From Neodothiora populina (taxonomy: Eukaryota), in NCBI RefSeq assembly GCF_041146345.1, contig NW_027191406.1, positions 248,001 to 312,000 of the forward strand: a stretch of DNA of 64,000 nucleotides, read 5' to 3'. Under the pieces are notes generated by a model. It was not told the origin of the DNA and did not search any database. It saw only the letters and a program-made list of their open reading frames with translations. This document shows, one piece after another, positions 24,653 to 36,355 of this stretch. Positions within the stretch are counted from its first letter, which is position 1. Every line of letters begins with the position of its first letter. A program made the translations under genes and the position numbers.

Positions 24653-26340
24653 TCATTTTAGATATCTAGCAAAGCATATGCTCGCATTGGTACCACCGAA
24701 GCCAAAGCTGTTTGACAAGGCAACATTAACCTTATGTTGTTGTGCTGTTTTCGGTACGTAGTTGCAGTTGAATTCGATCGACGACTCATCGGGTGCTTCA
24801 AGATTGAGCGTGGGTGGTATAACATTCTGTGATTTGTCAATCCTGAGTACAACCAAACTGATCCCTGTACGCCTTACCTCTTGCATTGCAAGAATGGTGA
24901 AGATAGCTTCCACAGCACCTGCGGCTCCAAGCAAGTGCCCTACAGCGCCCTTTGTACTGCTGACGTTGATTTGACTGGCGTGCTGCAAGCCTTCGTCGCC
25001 TAAGAGCAGTGATTTGATAGCACAATTCTCTGCGGCATCCCCCAACTTTGTGGATGTAGCGTGAGCATTCACATAACCGACTTCCGAAGGCTTGATCGCA
25101 GCATTCTTCAATGCGCGTTTCATGGCAAGGTAGGGCCCATTGCCATCGGCACGTGGCGCTGTCATGTGATGAGCATCAGAAGAGAGTCCATACCCTTTCA
25201 CTTCTGCGTATATGTGTGCCTTACGAGCCTTGGCGTGTTCAAGTTCCTGTAGCTAGGTCAGCCGCGAGTTCTGTTCTGCCAGGGAGGCACATGCATCTCC
25301 TCACCTCGAGAACAACAACACCAGCGCCCTCGGCAATAACAAAGCCAGCTCTGTCCTTGTCGAATGGTCTCGATGCCTTCTTAGGAGCGTCATTCCAGTC
25401 AGTAGCCAGGCTTCGGGCACGTGAAAATCCAGCTACTGCGAGTGGATGTATACACGATTCTGCCCCACCAGCGACCATCACATCAGCGTCTCCGTACGCG
25501 ACCATACGCGCGGCATCGCCTATAGCATGCACGCCGGTGGTGCAGGCAGTGGTGGCGGCATGATTGGGTCCCTTTTGCTCGTCAATATGTGGATAAGTTC
25601 AAACTTGATTGCATGAGCGCCAATGCAACATACCATGAAGCCATATTTCATCGAGATGTGTCCAGCTGCGAGATTGATAAGTAGTCTCGGGACGAACAAC
25701 GGTGAAACCTTCTTGTATCCCTGTAGTCGCATTAAGTGGGTGTGGTTGTCAGAAGGATAGATGGCTGTACATACACCAGCATCGTAATTGACCGAGGTCT
25801 TATATACATCGTCCAGACTCCCAATACCTGAGCCAATATACACACCCTAGTCTACATTAGCTTAAAAGTAATCATCACTCACACCAGTATATATACCGTA
25901 TTCTCGAGGTCCTCTTGGGATGTCGGCTTCCATCCAGCATCTGTCAGTGCTTCTTCCGCACATGCCATGGCGTATTGTGCAAACATCGCCATTTTCCGGT
26001 CATCCTACGCTCGTAGTGTTAGCGTCCAGGATCATACCACTTTTGCCAGGAGATATCAGGATCAGACTTACGCCAGGCTGCAACCACTCATTAGGATCCC
26101 AACCACCATCTCGACGGCTGCCTGGAGGAACAATACCAGCTACTTGCGATGGTAGTGCTGCAAATTCTTTGCTTCTCTCCTTGATGGATATAATGCCAGA
26201 TTGACCATCAATCAATCGTCTCCATGTCGGACGCACACCTGCAGAGCGTGAGTAATTTATATAGTGGTTCACAGAAATTCTACCTTACCTACTGCTAAGG
26301 GTGTTATGGCCCCCAGACCTGTGATAACTACCCTTCGCAT
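24653..26340 (-). CDS. CEM1: Mitochondrial 3-oxoacyl-ACP synthase (KAS II type), multi-exon
   Basis: [15 protein letters not shown]; active-site Cys in [67 protein letters not shown]. Confidence 0.93.
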
Positions 26341-26836
26341 TGCATTTTGCATGTTTTCATGGAATGCTAATAGTAATAATGGTTTGTTATAAAGCGGCTT
26401 TGGCTGATGCTTGAGCGCAAGCAGTGCACAGACCAAGCTTTGACTATCACTTTCAGTAGGTAATCTTACCTTAGGCAAGAAGATGGACCTAAACTAACTG
26501 TAAGTTGGTCTACAATTGATAGATGTCCTAGTTTACTCCATATATCCGCTCGATGTGATGAAGGGAAGACCTATGGCACGTACAACAAAGCACTTGTAGA
26601 TAGAAGAGCTATAACATACATCCTTGATAGTAGTTTATCATTTACTACTGAGAACTGACCGAAAGTACCCCAATACCATGCAAAGATCGAACCTTGACCA
26701 TTTCCTTTTTCCCAATCCCATTTCTATTCCCATGCCTATCCCTGTGTTCATTATATCATCTAAATGAGCTTTTTCCTTTCAAAATTCAATTGCAATGATT
26801 TCATATCGTAACTTCCGATGCAAAACCATAGGCGGG

Positions 26837-27939
26837 TCATTCATAACAATCACTCATGTTCTTGGAGCCTGGAGATAGTGGTGGTTCGAGCAAAACTCGA
26901 GGTGGCGCTTGCATCGCCTTGTGAGAGAAAAGTTGCTTTAGGCTGCCATTGGGTACAGATGAGCCTGGAGAGAAAAGCACTTTCTGGTAATTCATGTCTT
27001 TATCGGTGCTTCGGAATGCGGTGTCGGTGCTAGCTGTGCTCCCGACCGATGCGGCTCGACAATGCAGATTGGCGGGGCCGACTGGAACATCCATGTTGAT
27101 CACAGGCGTGATCAGATCGACGGAGAAAGAACTGAACGACGCACTAAAAGGATCTCCACGACGAGGCAAGGGTCTATATGATCCCGAAGTGCTGACAACA
27201 GATGTTGGAGTATGCGACAACGAGGGCGCAGTACTATTCGAAGTGGAGGGACGACCAAGGCCACGTCGATTATGCTCAGCATCATGCTCAAACTGCGCAA
27301 AATGCGATAGGTAATTTGCGACGTCACTATCGTGTCGAGCATATGAGGACCTACGATCGTACAGAGATGACGAGTCTGAACTGTCCGAGAATGCCAAAGA
27401 GGGTGGGCGAACAGCAGTAGGCGAGCGCATAGCTAAGTCGTATGACACATCTTCTCCCATGTACGAGGCCCGGCGTGATGAGATCTGAGGCGACATCTCG
27501 GGAGGTAAAATTGACTCCTCAAGCGGTTTATTGTGGTCCTTCTTTCGGCAGCTTCAGACATGTTAGGCTTGTTCAAGAGTGTAGCAAATTTGGATATGCT
27601 TACTTCTCTGAGCAATAAAGTATTGACACATCGGGAGTCACAATTTGTTTTTCGCATGTCGCACTGTACCACTTGATGAGCAAGATCACAGGCTTGACAG
27701 AATGTAGCAAGCACTTACCAGAATTGTGGCAGGCCAGCCATGTCATCGTCGTCAGGATTTACCTCGGCCTCACGTTTGGCTGCACTCTTGCTGCTACCAG
27801 GACTGGACTTGCATATCGGACTCTTCTTGGGTGGAAGGCAAGTATTACTCTTCCTGGTCACCAGTGGAGCTGGCCGTGCGGGCTTTGTGTGGACAGGTAG
27901 TGCTCGCCGAGGAGGACGGGTGTTTTGTGGAGGACTCAT
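26837..27939 (-). CDS. Ecl1-family (life-span regulatory factor) Cys4 zinc-motif protein with disordered Ser-rich C-terminus; 3 exons
   Basis: Removing introns 27664-27718 and 27552-27603 gives ...LPQFCATCEKQIVTPDVSILYCSENCRKKD..., the Ecl1 CxxC...YCSxxC motif, in frame with ORF 26837-27496. Confidence 0.82.
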
Positions 27940-30046
27940 TGCGGATTGTTTCTACCTCAAAGACTGTGTCAAGGTAGAACAACGCGGTATGGTTGTATCT
28001 AGGAAAAAGGTGGTGGCAGTACTGAACCGGTACTAATAGCTTGGAGGCTTTTGTCAGTGATGATTCAGGTGCTGGATCAGAGCGGTCCTTTGCATGGAGT
28101 GAGCGCCTTTTGACTGTGGACCAGATGCAATGGAGACAAAGAAAACCAAGGACAGCATGGTATCTCAAAATGCAAATGCCCCATGATCAAGACATGGAGT
28201 ACTTGAAAGGTGATGTGATGGATAAATGACCTAGACAAAGCATACCTGCTGTGTAGAGGATAGCGGTGTGACCCGTCTATCAGAACAAATGGACTACTGT
28301 AGGTATACAGGCTGATTGTGACCCTTTTCGAGATAAGAAACCGCCAATAGCGCCCACTTCGTTACTTCGTTACACCAATGATGGCAAGCAGAGTGATGGG
28401 ATACAGTCCGAAGTGATCCAGGGGTTTGTTTTGTGATTACACCGTCTACCGTGGCGCTATACTTGTTATTCTTTGTCCTTGGGACGGTATATTAATAAAG
28501 AAGCTTGCCAGGCAAGGGCAACATGCTACGATTGGCATCTACGCCGCCGTTTAGCTCGACTCGTGCTACTACTGTCACCTAACCCCTGTACCGAGGACGT
28601 ATGGGCTGTGGAGCGACTGATTAGTGTGAGAACGCATAATCACGGGTCTACTAAACAACCCAAGTGGACACCCAGGTCACAGACTTAAAAGCCTAACTAT
28701 GGCTAGTAAATAATCAGGTACCCGCGCGCGAGGAAACAAAGACGAAGAGGCACCATTGGGAGGACGAGCTTCAACACGCCATCAGGGATCTGCAGCGTTT
28801 CTCTCCAAATTTGCGGGCATCCCACCCTCAAGCCCACTTCGTGCGCTTTTCATTATCGATAGCCTTTGCTCTCCACACCTCTCTCCTGCCTCACTCGAGC
28901 CCAGCACAACTCAGGCAGTCTAAGTCTAACGCTCAGCTGCAAGTCTTCACATGTGATTTAACATGATGGGAAGAAAATTTACGATCTCAGATACAAGGTG
29001 TCATTACCGGACTCAAGGTTTTTGGCAAGGCCGAACCTACAGTATTTCGTGATTGCTCCCGAATATTTGCTCATGCATCCGAGTCATCCAGGCCATATGA
29101 CGCACTACAGTTGTGTACGGAATGCCCGGTGCAATTCAAGATCCGGAATAATCAGGACAGCCCTTCATTACGGGCGTCTAAGTGGAAACACTAAACAATG
29201 CAAGACTCCCGCTGACGTTAGCAGTGTCAATTACGAAGGTTTTTTGCTGTGCGTGCTGTGTTGCGCCTACTTGTGTGTCTGTAACGTCCGTTGTGGATCA
29301 ACCCCACAAGACAAGGTTGAAATCGTTACAGCTGCTGCTTTTGCGTGTAGATCTGTGCCTGTCGATTACAGACTCTCTATTTTCAGCAACACCGCAAGTC
29401 TGGACGTTCATAGGGGTGTGCGGTGAGGTACGTGTACGTAAGGTACTCTTGACAGACGTTTTTCGAAATTCGAAAATTCGCAACGCGTGGCTCCCCAGGT
29501 CACTGCTACGCAGCTATTGTACATTCGGCTTTTGCTGGATGTTTCGAGGGTTATTGTTCCCGCCCACTACCGTCCTCTTACCCTCTTCCGAGCAGTGGGT
29601 CATGCTAAACTATTTTGGATGATTTGGAGAATGACACAGCGCGACAGGTGTTTGGTGGTCAGTGTTAACGCAATCTTGTCAAGGACAACAACAGCATCAT
29701 CACCTACGAATGGTCTAGATTTAAGGTACGATAGATGCTGACAGCATGGTGGCTGAGTCGCGCCATGATGCGTTGGCCATGGCGCGACTTTGAGTTGTCA
29801 GGTACTGGTAACCTTGAGGTGAGGGAGGTAACCTGGCTCGCTCGTACGTGGACAGTAGTTTGCTGTTCTTAATGCACACAAATGAACATGCTAAAAACGA
29901 CATTTCTAGAGCACGCTGTCTTAGCATTGTCTTAACATAAAAGTGCCGCACCAGCTTCAGCAGTGGCCCTATATCCTTTCATGTCGAAATGGCCGGTGGT
30001 CCTATGTCAGGATGCAAAAGGACAGTGAACTAGTTATAGTAGGAAT

Positions 30047-30129
30047 AGCCGAAGGCGGGGCTCGAACCCGCGACCTTGAGGTTGTCTCTTCATAAGAGCC
30101 ACACGCTCTACCGATTGAGCTACCCCGGC
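30047..30129 (-). tRNA. tRNA-Lys(CTT) with a 10-nt intron
   Basis: Reverse complement reads GCCGGGG TA GCTC AATCGGTA GAGC G TGTGG CT CTT A [TGAAGAGACA] A CCTCA AGGTC GCGGG TTCGAGC CCCGC CTTCGGC T. Cloverleaf, 73 nt after intron removal. Confidence 0.95.
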
Positions 30130-30755
30130 AGGTCAGTTGATCAAGTCCTCTGAGAGGACTGGCTTGTTCACTGTACCAGAATCTCGACCTGTTGAGTAAT
30201 ATATAGGTTGACAGAAGCTTCCTGTAGCATTACCTCAAGCACGGCAGCCCGCCCCCTTTGGCAAGCAACGGCTCTGTGCAACAACCGTACTTGCAATCGA
30301 TAGACGAGGATGTTCCTGCGATGTGAGCAGCCGCTCGCGCCACATCTTGGGCTGCATGTACCACAAGACAGTAATGGTTCGCAGATACTGAGCTGCCACA
30401 CGCCACAAGACGTGAGGTATGTGTAGGATAGAGAGTCGTCGAGTTGATCACAATCGAGAAGGGGGGATGGACACATACAAAGTGCGGGGAAGTTGGTCCA
30501 AAACCGGCAATCGCCGCTTGCGCAATGTCCTACAGTAAGCCTTTCGATTAGATATGCGGTAATATCTATTTAAGGTATGCAGCGCTGCGAATACTGTACT
30601 GTACCATACCTTACTCTACTCAGTATACTCATAATTTACACAAGTTACACAGTCGCGGTCACACGTGCGTCTCGAGACGTATCGAAATCAGATTCGCCTC
30701 GCATGTACAAGGAGAATTACTGATACTAGCTTGTATTGTTCCTCACTCTTTAGCG

Positions 30756-32002
30756 ATGGCGCTCCTGCAGCTCTCAGATGTAGCGCACCAGCTGCCTCGT
30801 GGAGATGCAGACTTCCTGCGCTCGCGTGTCGCGGATCTCCTTGAGCGCAGGAACATGAGCTTTCCTGGAGCGCAACCTGTGAGCTTTGCACGCAAGCATT
30901 TCCAGGATCTTCTCATGACAGAGTATACGCGTCCAAAACCTGATGTCTATGACGATCCACAGCTGACCAGTGTCACAGTTACTTTGTATGCGAAAAAACG
31001 GATGGCATACGATGCCTTCTCTTTCTCACATTCTACATCGAGGAGGGCAACAAAGTCGAAGCCAAAATATTGATTGACCGGAAAAATGATTACTACAACA
31101 TCGATAATATGCACTTTCATCTACCACTACCCGACGCGCCGGATGCAAGCTTCCACACTGAGACGCTACTCGACGGAGAACTTGTCCTTGACAAGTTACC
31201 AAATGGAGATGAGAGGAAGACGTACCTGGTCTTTGACTGCCTAGCGCTAGAGAACAAATCACTCCTCCAGCGGACCTTGGACAAAAGATTGGCCTACTTT
31301 ATGGAATCGGTGCTGAAGCCATACCAATCTCTCCTCGAGCGATATCCCGAGGAAGTTCCGGAGCAACCGTTCCTCGTCATGCCAAAGAAAATGGAGAAAG
31401 CGTACGGGATCGAGATGATGTTCAAAGATGTCCTACCAAAGCTGCCGCACGGAAACGATGGTCTCATCTTCACCTGTCGGACTTCGCCATATGTCACCGG
31501 TACAGACCAGCACATTATCAAGTGGAAACCTCCACATGAAAACACCATCGATTTTCGCCTACAACTGGGAGATTTTCCGATGGTCGAGGAAGGCGGAGAG
31601 AGGTTCCAGGACTTCGATGCTTGTCCCAGCTTTGAGCTCCTTGTGTATCATGGAAACAACAGAAACGAATACTTTGCTCCGCTGTATCTCACCGAGTCGG
31701 AGTGGGAAAGTATGAAAGGCATGGGCCAGATGCTGGACGGTCGGATCATTGAATGCGCCAAGGACGATAAAGGCCGATGGAGGATGAAGCGCGAAGCTGA
31801 TGGCACGCCTCGATTCAGAGATGACAAGACGGAAGCAAATCACATCAAGACGGTAGAGAGTGTGTTGGAAAGCATCGAGGACGCGGTCACGGAAACGGAC
31901 CTGTTGAACAACGTCAAGCCGATCTATATTCAATGGAAGAGACGAGCAGCGGAGGCAACTGAGAAAGCCAAACAGGCATCTGCCCCGACTAATGGGCGAT
32001 GA
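30756..32002 (+). CDS. CEG1: mRNA capping enzyme, guanylyltransferase subunit
   Basis: SFPGAQPVSF; after an intron (~30923-30978) YFVCEKTDGIR (catalytic KxDG); TLLDGELV; YLVFD; HGNDGLIF; KWKPPHENTIDF; RFRDDKTEAN. Start codon uncertain. Confidence 0.93.
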
Positions 32003-33026
32003 GGGAAAGGCAGAACGAAGAAGCATTTGCATAGCGCGGGTCAGGACAGGCGTTTGTGTGGAGTTGAAGTTGGAGTTGGATTAGTTTCCTTGAGATACCC
32101 CTTCCAAGACATGGAGTTGAAAGGAAGGTCATTGACCGAATATTAATACTGCGAAGGACTATTGCTTGCCTTGTATTCGTGATGATAGTCATTTAATGTT
32201 GTAAGCCTGTTACTATGTACGAACACTGTAATGTGGGGAGACGCAGGCCAGAAGTACTTTTGACCGTAACGGATCATCGACTCCGCCTTTCCATGAGCTT
32301 AAAGCATTGATGCTGTGACGCCGCTGCAGTCCTCTGCGTCAAGTTGTGTTCAACTTTTGTGTTTTATCATCAATAACGCCATCCGGCATCACCGCGAAGT
32401 TTGAGGTCCGGAAATTTCTATCACCTCGACCCTAGTGACAACTGAGGATTCCTTATCCAGTGACTGCCACACAACTCGAACGTACCTGTAGCTGCTCTCT
32501 GAAACCCACTAGGACTGCCACCCCCGCCCGCCTTCCGTGCACTTTCATACAGGACACTCAATAAGGCACTTTGCTGTCGGATATATATCCTCTGCGACTC
32601 TAGTTCGCATAAATTGTGACTCCAGGAATCAGGGTGTCCCAGAAGCCTTGTACATCTTCCCTACTCAACTGCGAACGCAATCTCCTAACTTGCGACAATT
32701 CTATAAGACATACAGGCCATCATCCCAGCTTATCACTTCATCGCCTCATCCATATCGTGACAGGTTGAGACGACAACATCCTTTGGAAATATCCAACCAT
32801 ACAGGCAGCTAGACTAAGAGCAAACATATCGTTCGGGCGCCTCTTGCGCCTTCTGGAGCTGAGGTGGGGGGGCCGTGGAGAAGAGGCCGGCGTGGGCAAG
32901 ATCTGTTTCTGGCAGAGCAGAGAGCGTCAAGAGAACCCATCTTGCGCACTTCTCCAGTAGAGCGCGACACGGGATCGATCAGCTCGAGTGGGCCTTATCA
33001 CAAAAAGCGGATGTGGGCCTTTGGCG

Positions 33027-34952
33027 ATGGACCCGCAAAGTGTTGCCTTCGTCCCACACAACGACTCCTGGCGTCTGCAGAACGAGCTTCTGCGCGTGCA
33101 GCAGATCCAGGCCGATCATACTGACAGACTTATTCGATTGGAGCGTCGACAAGAAGACGACGCCAGAATGAAGTCTGTCTGGGGTGGTGCCTCGCCATTT
33201 CCCAGTGTCCTCAGCGGCACGCCTCAGCAAGGTAGCATTACCCTGACGAATTCTCCGCCAGACTGGCGTACTACGATTACTGACTGTGTCGTAGCTGCAC
33301 TTCATCACCCTCCGAGTGATCATTTCAAGGATTTCGATGATGAGGCTAACCTAATAGGCAGTCTACATTTGGATGCTGACGATGAACCCAGACGTATGGG
33401 TGCCACATCACGAGCCAACAGTGTGCGTTTCGACGAGTCCGCCAACCAAGGTCACTGGTCTCACGCCTCCCGCTCTTCAATGGACTTTCTTCCTCGAAGC
33501 ACCAGTAGCCTGGGTGGCATTGCCATGAATGAGCGTACCTCTTCTCACAAGTCCGACGGCCGTGCAAGTTCTGTACATTCCGTTCGATCGGCCGCCTCAG
33601 GTCGTGCTAGCAGTTTGAACCTAGATACCGCTTATGCGCTCCCCGATACCTTGCGTTCATCTCCCCTAGATACTCCCGGTCTTGCCCCGGGTCTCCTGCT
33701 CCTCGGATCCGTACCAGCCATTATTAGGTGCTGGATGAATACTGACTTCAAACACAATGCACTACTATACGCGGCCATCTGCTCTGCATCACACAAGTCT
33801 CATGTAGATCTGCGATTACTGCGGAAGCTGGGCTTTGAAGACCGCATCGTGGACACTTCTTCTGGAGGCCGGACCATAGATCTTCCTGTCTACTTCCCAG
33901 AGGCTGTACCGCATCCAACATCGTCAAGACCGAGCAGTCCGGCGCCCCAAGTGCCAACGCTTACAGTAGAGTTCAACGTTGTCGATGGCGGCACAAATGA
34001 AAAAGAAGCTCGATCAATACAGGTCTTCATAGGCAGCGATACTCTTCGCTTGCACAACGCGGACGTCATGTTCTCTACAAACAGTGTCTGCCTCTACGAC
34101 GATGAGCAATGCAGGCTTTCCATTCCGCTTGTTCGTCCAGAAGATGAGACAGTGTTCAACTCTCTGCAAACCACAGGCAGAGGACTACAATCCGCGTCAA
34201 ATGCTGGTAGAAGTGAGCAAGCAGCCGAGCAGGAGTATACATCGCTAAATGGTTTGAGGCAAAAGCAGGCGTATAACAGCGAACCGACAAGCGTGGACAC
34301 GCCGCTGTCCGCAAAGTATCGCGCACCTGGCGTGATCGCTGCGGAGAGCAGGACTTCCAGCTCACGCGACTCACATGGCAATGCTCCTCCACCCGAGGAC
34401 GAAACCTCGGCGGGAGCCACGGGAGGGAGACAGAACTCACTTGGCTCAAACAACACTCTGACAGAGAACAAAGAGAACGCTGCAGAGACAGGGTCGCCAA
34501 ATGTAACAGCAGCACAGGGCGCGCCAGCCACGTGGGGCAGTTGGCGGCGAGACACTCCAAGCCAGATCACACAGTCGGAATGGTCTGGGTCAAACAAGAA
34601 CCAAGACAGTGGCTATCAGCGCCGAGACACTGGAATCAAGGTGCTAAAACCAATGAAAACCTCGAGCAGAACGATATCGACATCGGCATCCTCGCCGTCC
34701 ACATCAGAGGGGAAGTCAAGGTTCTTTGACGAGGGCAAGAGGCGGGGAGCGCTGGAGAGCATGCAGTCAGCCGGGATGGAGAGGCGTACATCAGCAGCAC
34801 CGCCTTCGCTCAGCCGCAAGTCGTCTTCGAGCGCAAGGGAGAACCAAGCCCCCGCAGGGGTTGGTATAGAGACAGTGACCAAGACCAGGACTAATCCTGT
34901 GGGCGGAGCATCGGCGTTTTCGTGGTTAAACTCGGGCGGCAGCAAGTCATGA
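33027..34952 (+). CDS. Conserved fungal hypothetical protein: N-terminal coiled coil, central degenerate retropepsin-like domain, disordered C-terminus
   Basis: Long ORF starting MDPQSVAF. Probable in-frame 63-nt intron 33232-33294 (gtagca...ctgac...tag). Globular segment PAIIRCW...LLYAAICSAS...IQVFIGSDTLR...LSIPLVRPED. Confidence 0.8.
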   Translation: MDPQSVAFVPHNDSWRLQNELLRVQQIQADHTDRLIRLERRQEDDARMKSVWGGASPFPSVLSGTPQQGSITLTNSPPDWRTTITDCVVAALHHPPSDHFKDFDDEANLIGSLHLDADDEPRRMGATSRANSVRFDESANQGHWSHASRSSMDFLPRSTSSLGGIAMNERTSSHKSDGRASSVHSVRSAASGRASSLNLDTAYALPDTLRSSPLDTPGLAPGLLLLGSVPAIIRCWMNTDFKHNALLYAAICSASHKSHVDLRLLRKLGFEDRIVDTSSGGRTIDLPVYFPEAVPHPTSSRPSSPAPQVPTLTVEFNVVDGGTNEKEARSIQVFIGSDTLRLHNADVMFSTNSVCLYDDEQCRLSIPLVRPEDETVFNSLQTTGRGLQSASNAGRSEQAAEQEYTSLNGLRQKQAYNSEPTSVDTPLSAKYRAPGVIAAESRTSSSRDSHGNAPPPEDETSAGATGGRQNSLGSNNTLTENKENAAETGSPNVTAAQGAPATWGSWRRDTPSQITQSEWSGSNKNQDSGYQRRDTGIKVLKPMKTSSRTISTSASSPSTSEGKSRFFDEGKRRGALESMQSAGMERRTSAAPPSLSRKSSSSARENQAPAGVGIETVTKTRTNPVGGASAFSWLNSGGSKS

Positions 34953-35627
34953 TCAAGGTAGCTTGGTATGATTCTTATGCATGCATGCATTATATAGCAG
35001 AGCAGGGACGGTCCAAGCGAAGTTCACGGATCTGGGCTCTAAATTTAGACGGTGTTCTGTGGCGCATGCATTATGACGACGAAATATGATCAAATATGAT
35101 CGAGCATGAGGTCCTTTGTCAATTGTACCCCTGATTCCAAGGGGGCACAGCTCATGCGTAAAATGCAAGATGTAAATGGTAATCGCATGGCACTGCACCT
35201 TCCCTCAATGTGCTGATCGTAACAGGTAAGGTACTTTACCTTCCAAGGTTAAGGTACCTTAGCGATAGAGACGAAGCTCAGACCCTACTGTATGTTCCCA
35301 ATTTACAGCACGCCAGATGCAGATGAAATAGCACAATATTTATGTGCGTGCCCTCATCTGGCTTATTCGGAAAGTAAGAAGTGATATCAATGGGACAATA
35401 CAAGTAGATAATATCATGTGGACACGGCCTCTATACAAGCAATAGGAACAGTAGTCATTCAGGACCATTGTTCAGCAAGGCAGACACCTGTACATGTACT
35501 TTACACCTCCTGAGCCAAGTGCCTTCTCTGTACTTCCTTTATCGGTGACACCGGCTTTATACACTTGCCTGTATTCTCCTCTTGTTGTACTTACTGCAAC
35601 TCAGCTTCGTAATACTTTCAATTTGTC

Positions 35628-35735
35628 TTCTCTGCTCTGCTCTGCTCTGCTCTGCTCTGCTCGTAATCTGTCCGAGATAAGCAAACACCCGGCAGAAACT
35701 CCTTGACAGCACAAGATCAGATCCCATCACGGCTT

Positions 35736-35767
<32 letters not shown>

Positions 35768-36100
35768 TGCATGTGCTGATGCTTGTACAGTGGTGCAGGA
35801 ACCAGAAGAAGACGGTAAGACAAGGGCACGAGGGCAATATGGTACAGTAGTCCCTGTGAACCAACCCAACCTCAGACTACTGTGCACTAGACGTCAGATC
35901 TTGTCAGTTGCAAACTGTATTCAGATGCGATTTTCCCCCCTTCCCCGGCTTTCTTCACTCAGGTCCGTCTGTCATTTTTATTGTCAGCATCAATAAAAAA
36001 TTGAAACAACACCCGCATCAGCTACGAATCCCCGGCTATTCTTTGAACATCGCGAAGCAGCAGAGCAGCACCAGCACCAGCACCAGCACCAGCACCAGCA
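35628..36100. repeat. Microsatellite cluster upstream of UBP12: (CTGCT)n ~35630-35661, (GGCACA)n ~35735-35766, (CAGCAC)n ~36066-36098
   Basis: Read directly from the sequence. Confidence 0.9.
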
Positions 36101-36355
36101 GGGCCGAGACTGATTTTCTCACACACGCTCTTTTTGCTTTTGTGCAGCTCACACTACATCATCGCGACAGCTGTCGAACAGCGTCCCATCGAGTCGGCAC
36201 ATTTTCGTGGATTAACACGCACGTGTGGTACAGTCGGTGCCTGTGCAGAGCCCGGGAAACATAGACATAAAAGCGAACAAAACACCAATCCACGGGACAG
36301 GACCCCGGCTGATCAGGGCTGCCACCACACCGGCAGCTCACCCATTCCTGCCATC

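Noticed and set aside
35225..35262. AAGGTAC repeats and a TAAGGTACCTTA palindrome; also a CAGGCTAT/ATAGCCTG hairpin at ~45058
   Set aside because: Short and isolated; no TIR pair or target-site duplication to indicate a MITE.
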